This document shows, one piece after another, positions 1-8,561 of a DNA stretch of 38,572 nucleotides. The first letter of the stretch is position 1. Each line of letters starts with the position of its first letter. The translations under genes were made by a program, and so were the position numbers. Below the pieces are notes generated by a model, which saw only the letters and a list, made by a program, of their open reading frames with translations, was not told the origin of the DNA and made no database searches. Source of the stretch: a virus (taxonomy: Duplodnaviria > Caudoviricetes); the IMG/VR virus record IMGVR_UViG_3300032373_000047, positions 1-38,572 of that record; one strand, given 5' to 3'.

Positions 1-126
1 CCATGGGATGTTCCGGCCCGGCAATATCGCGCACGGGCACCAGACCCTTTTTATAATCGGCGATCGTATTGGCGCTGATCGGGCGGGGCCTGCCCGACTT
101 CATCGATGATGTCATGACGCGCCCGG
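1..126. repeat. Terminal direct repeat, copy 1 (circular assembly overlap)
   Basis: 1-126 is identical to 38443-38568; the integrase frame runs through the join. Confidence 0.95.
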
Positions 127-499
127 CCTCGGCCTCGGCCAGGAAGAAATCAAGCGCGCTATTCAAGCTGCGCGTGGCGGTGCGCGGCGCGGGCGCCATG
201 CCCTCGGTCTGGCCGTCATGAATGGCGCGCGCCTGTGCCACGATCGCGGTGCAGGCGTCGGCGGCGGCATCGGTGGAAAGCGGCGGGCCGTCCTCTGTCA
301 GGTCCAGGCCGGGCGGCGGGATATCAAAGCCGCGCGCGCGCCAGTCAAAGGGCGTGCCGGGCAGGCCGAACAGGCCAAAGGATTGGGTAAAGCCACGGTC
401 CCGCCAGATCGGCGCAGGCGTCCAGCGCCAGCGGCGTTTGCCATCGGGGGTTGGTCGGCCCGCCGTGAGGCCGGGGCCGGAGATTTTGGGTCTTGCCAT
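1..499 (-). CDS. int: Tyrosine integrase, N-terminal part (continues across the circular join into 38442..37526; about 471 aa in total)
   Basis: ATG at 499 with GAGGA RBS; open frame MARPKISGPG...DGKRRWRWTP...EAGRVMTSSMKSG joins in frame to ORF 37526..38557. Confidence 0.85.
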   Translation of the reverse strand, partial: MARPKISGPGLTAGRPTPDGKRRWRWTPAPIWRDRGFTQSFGLFGLPGTPFDWRARGFDIPPPGLDLTEDGPPLSTDAAADACTAIVAQARAIHDGQTEGMAPAPRTATRSLNSALDFFLAEAEAGRVMTSSMKSGRPRPISANTIADYKKGLVPVRDIAGPEHPM

Positions 500-521
500 T
501 GCGCGTCCTCGTGCCATGACG

Positions 522-836
522 CTATCCGCACCGACGCCGCGCGGCAAGACGGGCCTCGATCATCCTTGTGGATTGCGAGGGGCGGGCGCGCTTTGACGGC
601 TTGATGTCATTGGCGGGCGAGGCCGGGGCGCAGGACAGGCCGCCGCGCTCGTCCCAATCCTGAAGATCACCCAGGCGCCACACGCCGCGACGGCGCGGCG
701 GCGGAAAGCCGGACGCGGCGCGGCGTCGGGCATCGCGATACCAGGCGTCCATGGATGGATAACCCATGCGATCGGCCAGATCAGGGGTGGTGACAAAGGC
801 GTTGGGATCGCCGGTCAGGCCCAGGGGCGCGGTCAT
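522..836 (-). CDS. Excisionase / AlpA-like HTH protein
   Basis: 104 aa directly upstream of int; DLADRMGY...GFPPPRRRGVWRLGDLQDW is an AlpA/Xis-type pattern. Confidence 0.7.
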   Translation of the reverse strand: MTAPLGLTGDPNAFVTTPDLADRMGYPSMDAWYRDARRRAASGFPPPRRRGVWRLGDLQDWDERGGLSCAPASPANDIKPSKRARPSQSTRMIEARLAARRRCG

Positions 837-1459
837 GGTTTTTTTACCTGGGCGTCGTTCGTCATGCGCGCGGCAACCTCCCCTATCGTGAGTAAGGAAA
901 AGCCCGGAAGGATTAGCCTTTGCACGGCGATCGCGCCTTCGCGTCCTGTCGCGGTTTTTTTTGTTCGAACGTAAGGAAAGCAGTGCTTGATTACTTTGCC
1001 GTCACAGCCTGGAGCGGCCTTCCGAGATGTGGTCCAGCGTGCCACAGAGCCAAGAGGATACAGCGCAATGAGCGCAGGTGTTGGGTCGGCATGGGTGCGC
1101 GGGTTTTTGAGCGCGCTTATCAATTGGTGTGCCAGGTCAAAAATTTCGCTGTGGTGGTCTCCATATAGCGTGCCAGCATCCGGTGGCGGGGGCATCGTTC
1201 GAAAATCCCAGAAGTACCGAACGGGAAATGCGTCATCACGGCGTGCTGTTTCAAAGTCCTTACCACAATGACAACGGCGTCCTTTGGCGTCGATACAGAA
1301 AGCCGGAAGTTTTTGCCCGGTCGACCCATAAACGCCGGTCAGCGCGCGCTCGGCAAAATTTACCCAGTGGTCGAATGTATCAAATTGTCCTGCCCAATCA
1401 GGCTCAAAGCCAGCCAGGGGGGTTGGGTTATGCCACGGTCTGGGTCTGGCGGCGCTCAT
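833..1459 (-). CDS. Hypothetical phage protein, lower GC
   Basis: 208 aa; ATGA overlaps with both neighbours; N-terminal FCIDAKGRRCHCGKDF...FPVRYFW block. Confidence 0.7.
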   Translation of the reverse strand: MSAARPRPWHNPTPLAGFEPDWAGQFDTFDHWVNFAERALTGVYGSTGQKLPAFCIDAKGRRCHCGKDFETARRDDAFPVRYFWDFRTMPPPPDAGTLYGDHHSEIFDLAHQLISALKNPRTHADPTPALIALYPLGSVARWTTSRKAAPGCDGKVIKHCFPYVRTKKTATGREGAIAVQRLILPGFSLLTIGEVAARMTNDAQVKKP

Positions 1460-1662
1460 GCGTGTTGCTCCATCGTGGTAATGGCGGCACGCGCGGCGGC
1501 GGCCTGGGCCTGTGCGGTTTCAAGGCGCGCAATCAGGCGGGCCATTTCATCCTGGGTGAGGCGATACCCGCCCCGTGGCCCGAAGCGCCCGGCGCGCGCG
1601 GCGGCCTGTCGGCCCTTCAACAGGGCCAGGGAATAGTCCAGCGGGTCGGTATGGCGGGTCAT
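1456..1662 (-). CDS. Hypothetical protein, first gene of the leftward early operon
   Basis: ATG at 1662 after AAAGGA RBS; 68 aa MTRHTDPLDYS...; stop overlaps the next start. Confidence 0.65.
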   Translation of the reverse strand: MTRHTDPLDYSLALLKGRQAAARAGRFGPRGGYRLTQDEMARLIARLETAQAQAAAARAAITTMEQHA

Positions 1663-1680
1663 GGCGCGTGTCCTTTGGCG

Positions 1681-1751
1681 AAAAACGTTCACGCGAATGT
1701 TTCACGTAGAACGGAAAACGCTAGAAAAACGCGATTTTCGAGAATTGTCAA
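1681..1751 (-). promoter_or_regulatory. Leftward promoter/operator region (pL/OL-like)
   Basis: AT-rich; TTGACA on the minus strand at 1751-1746; AAAAACGCGA (1725-1734) and TTTCGAGAA (1736-1744) also occur in the cI-cro intergenic region. Confidence 0.55.
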
Positions 1752-1826
1752 TCACGCGCAATTCGGGCGCGGTTTGCGCGCGGCATGCGATTTTAGTGAA
1801 TAGCAGGTGGTAATCTGCCGGGCGGG

Positions 1827-2450
1827 CTAGCGCACTATGGCGTGCAGCGCCTTTACCTCGTCGGCGGAAAACCGGCGTTCGACATCGGGATTATACTGGC
1901 GGGTAAAGACAAAACCGTCGCGTGTCCCGGCATAGGTTTTCAGATAGACATCGCCGTTTTTCAGTTCGACCAGGCAATCATCGCCCACGGCGGGCCATGT
2001 GCCGAACAGGCAATAGACGCGCTCGCGCGGGAAGTGGCGCGGGATCATGCTTTCGCCCCAGACCTCCACGGCGAAGGCGCCTGTGCGCCCGTCCTGTGCC
2101 GGGTGGCGCGCAATAGTGCCGACTACCGCGTCATGATTAAGGTGAACCGGCGTGTCCGGCCCTGCGGCGGCAAAGCCATAGAGCGGGATATTGCTGGACC
2201 GGCGCTGATCCAGATGGGTATCGAATGGCACAAGCGCGTCCCTGCTCCCCCCGGAGCCCGCCTGGATGTCCTGAAAGAAATCTTCGATCCCGCGTTCGAT
2301 AGCGGAGGGCATTGTCTTGCGCTTGCCCGTCACGATGCGGCTGACGACATGCAATTCCACGCCGAGAAAATCGGCCAGGTCCTGCTGTCGCTTTTGAGCC
2401 GCGCCAAGGCGCGCCTTCAATCCGCGTGGATCGTCGCTCTCTACCTTCAT
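1827..2450 (-). CDS. cI: CI-like repressor (HTH + S24 peptidase)
   Basis: HTH QQDLADFLGVELHVVSRIVTGKR; S24 motifs AFAVEVWGESMIP and VYLKTY; probable start is ATG at 2450; divergent from a cro-like gene. Confidence 0.9.
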   Translation of the reverse strand: MKVESDDPRGLKARLGAAQKRQQDLADFLGVELHVVSRIVTGKRKTMPSAIERGIEDFFQDIQAGSGGSRDALVPFDTHLDQRRSSNIPLYGFAAAGPDTPVHLNHDAVVGTIARHPAQDGRTGAFAVEVWGESMIPRHFPRERVYCLFGTWPAVGDDCLVELKNGDVYLKTYAGTRDGFVFTRQYNPDVERRFSADEVKALHAIVR

Positions 2451-2460
2451 GGGAGCAGAC

Positions 2461-2567
2461 CGTCGCACAAAATTTGCGGGGTGGGGTTGACTAAGTTCGC
2501 GAAGCACTAAAAGCCAATGAAGCACGAAAAACGCGAAACGTAAACGAAAAATGAGAATTTCGAGAAA
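2461..2567. promoter_or_regulatory. cI/cro divergent promoter-operator region (OR-like)
   Basis: AT-rich; TTGACT at 2487; AAAAACGCGA (2527-2536) and TTTCGAGAA (2558-2566) are shared with the pL region. Confidence 0.6.
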
Positions 2568-2858
2568 ATGAGCGGTTTGGACCTGACATCGATAAACGTG
2601 GAAAAGCGGTCGCGGCGCGTCTATTCGGCCTGGCCGAAGGATGTCGATGATGCGGCGATCGGTGCGGAAAAGCTGGTGGCTCTGTTGCAGGGCAATCTGC
2701 AACTGGCCTGCTCTGTATTCGATGTTAGCGGCAAGAATATCTATCGCTGGCGGTATGAGGGTGTGCCCAAGGGCCGCGTGCCCGATCTCTTGCGGCGCGC
2801 AAAGCGCGGCGGGCTGACCCTGACCCGTACCGATCTGACTGGTGAGGCGGCGTCATGA
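2568..2858 (+). CDS. Cro-like HTH regulator
   Basis: 96 aa divergent from cI; LACSVFDVSGKNIYRWRYEGVPKGR is a Cro/CarD-Isopro-type HTH pattern. Confidence 0.7.
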   Translation: MSGLDLTSINVEKRSRRVYSAWPKDVDDAAIGAEKLVALLQGNLQLACSVFDVSGKNIYRWRYEGVPKGRVPDLLRRAKRGGLTLTRTDLTGEAAS

Positions 2859-2898
2859 TGTTGTCGCGCGCCGCCGTCGATTGTCTCGAATTTGCAAA

Positions 2899-3033
2899 AT
2901 CCGGTGGTCCGTATGGACTACCCCGTCCCGTGAGTGCGGGCCATCGGATGTCCCGGCCTGTTGGTCCCTCCCAGGTCCAGGCTGGGCCGCGCCGCCCATC
3001 GCTCAATCCTCCCCAGGGTTCGGTGGGCGGCGC
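2899..3033 (+). ncRNA. Three tandem hairpins with C-rich apical loops (cuckoo-like structured RNA)
   Basis: Stems 2899-2949, 2952-2986 and 2989-3033 contain G-U pairs; loops carry TACCCC, CCTCCC and CCTCCCC. Confidence 0.55.
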
Positions 3034-3060
3034 CCCTGTTTTTGAACAAGGAGAGACTTG

Positions 3061-3297
3061 ATGTTTCGAAGATTGATGTCGTCGTTATCGATGCTCGCAA
3101 TTTCGGGGGCGCTGAGTGCCCCATATGGCGCGCACACTGGTGGGGCAGGTCGAAGCGCGCGTGTGACGCGGCGCTATGGCCCTATCACGCCTGCCTATCT
3201 CGAATGGCGGCGGGAAAAGCCGGAGGGCCGTGCCGCGACGCGGCGGCGGCGTCAAATGGCGCGTCTGGAAGCGAAGCGCGCGGGGGTGTCGTCATGA
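3061..3297 (+). CDS. Hypothetical basic protein
   Basis: AGGAGA RBS; stop overlaps the next ATG. Confidence 0.55.
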   Translation: MFRRLMSSLSMLAISGALSAPYGAHTGGAGRSARVTRRYGPITPAYLEWRREKPEGRAATRRRRQMARLEAKRAGVSS

Positions 3298-3404
3298 AGC
3301 GCCCAAGCAATCGACCTCTGACAATTGGCGTGGTGCTGCGGATTTTATTTCTGCCGGTCGTCACATTTTTTGCCATGGCGGCGCTGTTCGGCGGGGTGTT
3401 GTGA
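3294..3404 (+). CDS. Small membrane peptide (36 aa)
   Basis: MKRPSNRPLTIGVVLRILFLPVVTFFAMAALFGGVL; ATGA and TGATG coupling at its ends. Confidence 0.55.
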   Translation: MKRPSNRPLTIGVVLRILFLPVVTFFAMAALFGGVL

Positions 3405-3766
3405 TGATCAATCGTATTTCCCGCTTTACCGCTCTGCCTGGTGGCCCGGAAGTGACAATGACCGCCACGATTGCGGGCGGTATCAACGTGGCTTGCGAGG
3501 GCCGCCACCCCTTCATCGTCCAGCCGGACCAGGAATTGAAAGTTGCGCGCCAGATCGTGACGGGCTCGGACCCGGCGCGCATGACGCGCGCCCAACTGGA
3601 ACGCATGGCGGCGGCCTATATCGCGGAAGTCGATGGGCGTGCGGCCTATGCCGATCGCCTCGATACGATGCTGAACCCGCCGTTAGCCGGAGACAATGAT
3701 CGACACGAGACGTTTGATCCATGCGGGTGGGAAAACACGCCCGTTGCCGTGGAGATCATGGATTGA
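3404..3766 (+). CDS. Hypothetical protein
   Basis: ATG at 3404 overlaps the upstream stop; 120 aa MINRISRFTALPGG... Confidence 0.65.
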   Translation: MINRISRFTALPGGPEVTMTATIAGGINVACEGRHPFIVQPDQELKVARQIVTGSDPARMTRAQLERMAAAYIAEVDGRAAYADRLDTMLNPPLAGDNDRHETFDPCGWENTPVAVEIMD

Positions 3767-4086
3767 CATTCGACCCGGCCCATATCGCGCGCTGGCGCGG
3801 CCTGGTCGATGCGGCGCGATCGGCCAGCCAGGCCGCGCCGTCCTCGGTGCAAAAGGATTTGAAAATTGCCCTGGGCGCGCGTGAAAGTCTGCGATTGCCC
3901 AAGCGCGAGGACGCGCCCGATCTGGTGCGCGCGGCGATGAATTTGTGGGTCTATGTCGGCCAGTATCTGAAAGGCGACACGCCGGGCCGGGCCGACATGC
4001 AACCCGGTTTGAAGTCGCGGGCCGATGATCTGGCGCGCGCGCTTGCAGACTATGAGGCGCCGGAGCAGGCGAAATTACCGATATGA
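3763..4086 (+). CDS. Hypothetical protein
   Basis: Probable TTG start overlapping the upstream TGA, with GGAG RBS; stop overlaps the next ATG. Confidence 0.6.
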   Translation: MTFDPAHIARWRGLVDAARSASQAAPSSVQKDLKIALGARESLRLPKREDAPDLVRAAMNLWVYVGQYLKGDTPGRADMQPGLKSRADDLARALADYEAPEQAKLPI

Positions 4087-4451
4087 CGACGCTGGCGCAA
4101 ACGCTCGATGATGCGGGCGCGAAGGTTCAGCGCTTGGAAGGGTCGGCGGCGGTATTGGCGGCCAGCCTGGCCGCGCGGCATCTGTCCGTCGATGCAGAAT
4201 TATTGTTCAAGCCCAATCTTGACCGCACGAGTGAAATGGGCAAGCGCGTTGATATGGCGCGCGCCGTGGCGGTGTGGCTGTTGTCGTGCGGGCTCGGCTG
4301 GTCGCAGCCGCGCGCGGGTGCGCCGTTCAACATGTCGCAGGCCAGCGTATCAAAAGCGGTGCGCCGCCTGGCCGACGCGGAAGATGTCACGCCGGGCCTG
4401 TCCGACTTTCTGCAATCGGTTGAAAACCTGCTTGCGGAACGGGCGGGCTGA
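4083..4451 (+). CDS. DnaA C-terminal-like HTH DNA-binding protein
   Basis: ARAVAVWLLSCGLGWSQPRAGAPFNMSQASVSKAVRRL resembles DnaA domain IV; directly upstream of the primase. Confidence 0.6.
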   Translation: MTTLAQTLDDAGAKVQRLEGSAAVLAASLAARHLSVDAELLFKPNLDRTSEMGKRVDMARAVAVWLLSCGLGWSQPRAGAPFNMSQASVSKAVRRLADAEDVTPGLSDFLQSVENLLAERAG

Positions 4452-5590
4452 TGGGGTCGGTCACAATGGAAGTTATCCGCGCGGGCCTGACCGGGCGCGT
4501 GCAGGAATTGGCGATGATGCTGGCCCCGGGCGGTCGTGTCGATGGGCATGAATATTGGGCGCTGAACCCGACGCGGCCTGACAAGCGGATCGGCAGTTTC
4601 AAAATCGATCTGTCCGGGTCGCGTGCCGGGGGCTGGTACGAGTTCGCGGAACGCACGGGCGGCGATCTGATCGGGCTGATTGCCTACTGCCGATTTGGTC
4701 ATCTGGGCCGCCATGATGATGGGCGCGGTGAAGCGGTCAAGGCGGCGATCATCTGGGCGAAGTCGTTTTTATGCCTCGATGATGCGGACCCGGAATTTTT
4801 GGCCAAGGCCGAAGCGCGCGCGGCGCGGCATGCAAAATCCATGGAGCAGGTCAAGGCATCGAGCGAGCGCGACCAGGAAAGAAAATCAAGCTGGGCGCGG
4901 CGTGAATGGGTGCATTGCATGGTGTCGGCCTGGGATCATCCGGTTTCGCTGGCCTATCTGAAAGGCGCGCGCGGGATTGATCCGGCGCTGCTGTCGCATG
5001 TCGGCGGCGGGCTGAAATGCGAGTTTGAAGGCCCGCCCTGGAAGCAGGCGCCGCATGACCAGGCGACGGGCGAAGTTTTCCCGGCGATCTGTTCGGCGAT
5101 GATCCGGTTAAATGGCGGCAAGGGGTTTGACGGTGTGCGGGCGGTCCATCGGACCTTCCTGGCGCCGGACGGGTCAGGCAAGGCCGACATGCCCAAGGCG
5201 AAGCGCATGTATGGCGCGGCGCGCGGCTGCGCGATCCGCCTGACCAAGGGGGCCAGTCGCATGGGGCCGGAATTGGCCAGCCGCAAGGGCGTGCGCGATG
5301 ACGTATTGGCGATATCCGAAGGGATTGAGGACGGGCTGACCTGGGCGATGATCGAGCCGACGCACCGCGTCTGGGCGGCGGGCTCGCTGTCGCTGATCGG
5401 CGCGGTCGAAGTTCCGGCCTGTGTGAAAAAAATCGTCCTGGTCGGTCAAAATGATGACGGCGAAGCGGCGCGATCGGCCTTTGATGGTGCGGTGGCGCAA
5501 TTGATCGCGTCAAGCGGTCGGCCTTGCGAGATCGTCAATCCGCCGTCCGGGCAAAAGGACTGGAATGATTGGTGGAGGGCTCAGGCGTGA
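4451..5590 (+). CDS. DNA primase (P4-alpha-type N-terminal domain + TOPRIM)
   Basis: WALNPTRPD...GGDLIGLIAY N-domain; YLKGARGID; VHRTFL; TOPRIM ISEGIEDGL...QNDD...KDWND. Confidence 0.88.
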   Translation: MGSVTMEVIRAGLTGRVQELAMMLAPGGRVDGHEYWALNPTRPDKRIGSFKIDLSGSRAGGWYEFAERTGGDLIGLIAYCRFGHLGRHDDGRGEAVKAAIIWAKSFLCLDDADPEFLAKAEARAARHAKSMEQVKASSERDQERKSSWARREWVHCMVSAWDHPVSLAYLKGARGIDPALLSHVGGGLKCEFEGPPWKQAPHDQATGEVFPAICSAMIRLNGGKGFDGVRAVHRTFLAPDGSGKADMPKAKRMYGAARGCAIRLTKGASRMGPELASRKGVRDDVLAISEGIEDGLTWAMIEPTHRVWAAGSLSLIGAVEVPACVKKIVLVGQNDDGEAARSAFDGAVAQLIASSGRPCEIVNPPSGQKDWNDWWRAQA

Positions 5591-7494
5591 GTGAAGCGGA
5601 CGATGAACGGGTGGTGCCGATCGAGGCGGCCAAGCGCCGACAAAAGGCGCGCGCCGTGGGCGTGCGCGAAACGCGCTCTGCCAGCGATACGATCCTGGAT
5701 GAAATACGCAAGCTGCCTGCCAATGATCCGGTCCTGGACGGGATGGAAGCGGGCGGGTGGCTGCCTGCTGAACACGGCCTGCCGCCGCATTGTCCGGTGC
5801 GGCCTCTGGGATATGACGGTGATAATTTCATGGTCCTGACCGGGCGCTGTACGGTCATGGGTCTGCCAACCAAGGCGGGCAAGGGCGACATCGATGCGGC
5901 CTTTACCCCGTTCAAGCATTATCCGGTCTGGTCGCACCCCCGCAAGGTCAAGCGCGGTAAGGAATGGCATGTCTATGGCAATTATGAAGCCGAACGGGTG
6001 CGCCTGGATTTGTTTGCGGCCTGCGCCGATTGCGGGCCGTGGATGTCTGCCGATCGGCAACGCGATGTCGGGGCCTGGGCTGATGAAAGCGGGCGTCTGA
6101 TCCTGCATCTGGGCGATTGCATTTTAACCCCGGACGGCGAGTTTCGGCCCGGCGTGATCGGCGATCATGTCTATCCGGCTGGCGAGGCGGCGCCGCGCCC
6201 TGGTGCGTTTGAGGCGTCGAGCGTGGGCGGGTGTGGCTCGCAATTGCTGGAACATTTCAAAACCTGGAACTGGATGCGCGGTGACATCGATGCGCTGTTC
6301 GTGCTGGGCTGGCTGACTGTGGCGCCCCTGGGCGGCGTGTTTCGCTGGCGTCCATACGTCTATGTGTCCGGTGATGCCGGCACCGGGAAAACCACGCTGA
6401 TCGATCTGATTGAATTTGCGCTCAACGGGCTGTTGCTGCGCGCGGAAGATGCGACCGAGGCCGGGGTTGCGCAAACGATTGGCCATTCCACGCGGCCCGT
6501 CCTGCTCGATGAACAGGAAAACGAGATTGATAATAACCGCGCGGCCCAGATGATCCGGCTGGCGCGTCTGGCGGCGTCGGGCGGCCAGCGTCGGCGCGGC
6601 GGTGCCGATCACAAGGCGCATGCCTTCTCGATCCGCAACACGTTTATTTTCTCCGGGATCAATATGCCGCCGCTCGATGCGTCTGATCTGTCGCGCATGG
6701 CGATGCTGGCGCTGCGCCCGTTTGAGCGCGGCACGCCCAGGCGGAGATTTGATGCGGCGGAGATCGCCGCGCTTGGCCAGGCGCTGTATGGCCGCGCCGT
6801 GGCCTGGTTCGCCCCGGACCCGGAAGATCAGGGCTTGCCACGATTTGAGGCATTGCTGGAACGGGTGCGCGAACGCCTGATTGTCGATCTGGGTCATGAT
6901 GATCGCGGTGCGGACACATTTGGCTATCTGATGGCGGGCGCCTGGATGGCGCTGCATGATGATCTGCCGGAGGCCGATGAATTAAAGGCGTTTGTCTCTG
7001 ACGATCTGCACCGGTCGAAGGTCGCGGAATATGAGGGGATCAAGCCCAATTGGCAAAAGTGCGCCGATTTCATGCTCAACCGTGCGCCGCGCGTCCTGGA
7101 GCGCAATGCCAACAAGTCGGTGCGCGCCATTCTGGAAGCCTGGCGCGATGGCGATTTGGATGAAAAGCCGGTCAAAATCCAGTTGGGCGCGGTCGGCCTG
7201 ACCGTGCATTGGCGCAAGGGCGTCGTGCGCGATTACGAAAATGCGCGCCTGTTCGTGCCCAATGCGCACCCCGAAGTCGCGGAGATGTTTTTCAAGTCGA
7301 AGTGGAAAACCCTGGACCCGGCGGGCGAGGGCGGCTGGAAAAATGCGCTGCGCGGTGGGCCGTCCTGGATACAGTCGGCGAAGGTTCGAAACGGCACGAA
7401 AATCCCTGTCTGGGGCACAAGTTTGAGCGTGCCGGAATTGACCGGTTATCCAATTGGCAGTGATCAGCGCGATGAAAAGGATTTTGAAGCGTGA
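5587..7494 (+). CDS. Replication ATPase/helicase (P-loop NTPase)
   Basis: Walker A GDAGTGKT; Walker B VLLDEQE; ASDLSR arginine finger; GTG start overlaps the primase stop. Confidence 0.85.
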   Translation: MSEADDERVVPIEAAKRRQKARAVGVRETRSASDTILDEIRKLPANDPVLDGMEAGGWLPAEHGLPPHCPVRPLGYDGDNFMVLTGRCTVMGLPTKAGKGDIDAAFTPFKHYPVWSHPRKVKRGKEWHVYGNYEAERVRLDLFAACADCGPWMSADRQRDVGAWADESGRLILHLGDCILTPDGEFRPGVIGDHVYPAGEAAPRPGAFEASSVGGCGSQLLEHFKTWNWMRGDIDALFVLGWLTVAPLGGVFRWRPYVYVSGDAGTGKTTLIDLIEFALNGLLLRAEDATEAGVAQTIGHSTRPVLLDEQENEIDNNRAAQMIRLARLAASGGQRRRGGADHKAHAFSIRNTFIFSGINMPPLDASDLSRMAMLALRPFERGTPRRRFDAAEIAALGQALYGRAVAWFAPDPEDQGLPRFEALLERVRERLIVDLGHDDRGADTFGYLMAGAWMALHDDLPEADELKAFVSDDLHRSKVAEYEGIKPNWQKCADFMLNRAPRVLERNANKSVRAILEAWRDGDLDEKPVKIQLGAVGLTVHWRKGVVRDYENARLFVPNAHPEVAEMFFKSKWKTLDPAGEGGWKNALRGGPSWIQSAKVRNGTKIPVWGTSLSVPELTGYPIGSDQRDEKDFEA

Positions 7495-7531
7495 GGCGGT
7501 CTTACGCAAAACCCAGGAGGGCCATAGGGCC

Positions 7532-7975
7532 ATGAATGACAAGACGGAAAAAAGTGATGGCGGCAAGCCGGTGGCGATCGAAGTCGTGGATAAGGACGCG
7601 CCTGCGAAAACCGAGGCGGCGAAGCCTGCGCTTGGCGATGCTGAACCGGCGAAAACCGAGGCGGCGAAGCCTGCGGGCAAAACCGTGACGGGCTTGTCAA
7701 AGCGCAAGCCGGACCCAACGCCCGATGAAAAGCGGGTGGCGCAAATTGCGCGCATGGCGCAGGTTTCGGGGATCTCAAAACCGGTCGCAGAACGCCTGGT
7801 GATGGCGGGCATTGCGGACCCGGAAAGCCTGGCCGATCTGACCGATGATGGCCTGGATGCCTTTGCCCGGAGCGGGGAAGATCAGGGCAAGCTGGCCAAG
7901 ACGATCGCGAAGGGTGAATTGCGCGCGAAGGCTGTTGCCTTTGTCTCGCCCAAGCCGCCGAAAAAACGGGCCTGA
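7532..7975 (+). CDS. Helix-hairpin-helix domain protein with a low-complexity N-terminus
   Basis: AGGAGG RBS; SGISKPVAERLVMAGIADPESLADL is HhH-like; PAKTEAAKPA occurs twice. Confidence 0.65.
   Translation: MNDKTEKSDGGKPVAIEVVDKDAPAKTEAAKPALGDAEPAKTEAAKPAGKTVTGLSKRKPDPTPDEKRVAQIARMAQVSGISKPVAERLVMAGIADPESLADLTDDGLDAFARSGEDQGKLAKTIAKGELRAKAVAFVSPKPPKKRA
7604..7675 (+). repeat. 27-bp in-frame direct repeat
   Basis: GCGAAAACCGAGGCGGCGAAGCCTGCG at 7604 and 7649. Confidence 0.9.
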
Positions 7976-7998
7976 TATCCAGGCTGGCGACACGGCAC

Positions 7999-8032
7999 AA
8001 AAAAAGCGCCTGGCGGGAGCCGGGCGCTTTTT
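7999..8032. terminator. Bidirectional intrinsic terminator
   Basis: A7-GCGCCTGGC-GGGA-GCCGGGCGC-T5 between convergent genes. Confidence 0.85.
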
Positions 8033-8072
8033 CATGTCGGGCCTTACGTTTTCGGCCTGGTCGGTCGCGGCC

Positions 8073-8447
8073 TTACGATTTGGCGGCCTGGCCGCTGCGT
8101 CGATCGATCGCGCGTCTGGGCCTCGATCGCCGCGCTGCGCGTTTTGCGGCGCGCATGTCGGCGGTGTTGCTGGTTGCGATGTATGGCGTCGGTGTTTCGG
8201 CGGGTCGTTCGCCGGAGGGTCGCAGTTCTGCGCGGTGTGCGTCCTCGCTCAATGGCGGCAATCCTGCATCGATCGCGGCCATGGCCAGCGCAATGGCACG
8301 CGGCGCGCCGTTGTCGCGATATCCTGCAATCAGATTGCGCGAGCGGCCTAGCACGGGGGCCAGCGCGGTGATGTCGCCGCCATGTCGGGCGATCCAGTCG
8401 GCGACGGCCTGCGGGCTGGCGGTGATGGGTTGCGGTTTGTGCGGCAT
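8073..8447 (-). CDS. Small HTH regulator (Aca-like position)
   Basis: ITALAPVLGRSRNLIAGYRDNGAPRAIALAMAAIDAGLPP is an XRE-like HTH with a C-terminal helix; AGGAG RBS; last gene of the inverted cassette. Confidence 0.65.
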   Translation of the reverse strand: MPHKPQPITASPQAVADWIARHGGDITALAPVLGRSRNLIAGYRDNGAPRAIALAMAAIDAGLPPLSEDAHRAELRPSGERPAETPTPYIATSNTADMRAAKRAARRSRPRRAIDRRSGQAAKS

Positions 8448-8505
8448 TGCGTTTGCGTCTCCTGATGTGTATCTAGGCCAATCCTGGACGGGTTTCCAGC
8501 CTGTT

Positions 8506-8551
8506 CAGTTATCAGCAAGGGAAAGCCCGGCGCGTCTGCGTCGGGCTTTCC
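8506..8551 (-). promoter_or_regulatory. Hairpin + TGCTGATAACTG leader module, copy 3
   Basis: Hairpin GGAAAGCCCG...CGGGCTTTCC at 8520-8551, next to CAGTTATCAGCA at 8506-8517. Confidence 0.7.
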
Positions 8552-8561
8552 TGATTGTTGG

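Noticed and set aside
1-126. 126-bp terminal repeat as a biological DTR or att duplication
   Set aside because: It falls mid-integrase and its length fits an assembler k-mer overlap; the last 4 bases of the window (gcgc) diverge like an end artefact.
2451-2702. N-terminal extension of the repressor ORF (track start 2702)
   Set aside because: It overlaps the divergent cro gene and the operator region; the HTH begins after Met at 2450.
2855-3061. 68-aa ORF after cro
   Set aside because: The Pro/Gly-rich translation is better explained by the hairpin array, although the ATGA overlap with cro means it is not fully excluded.
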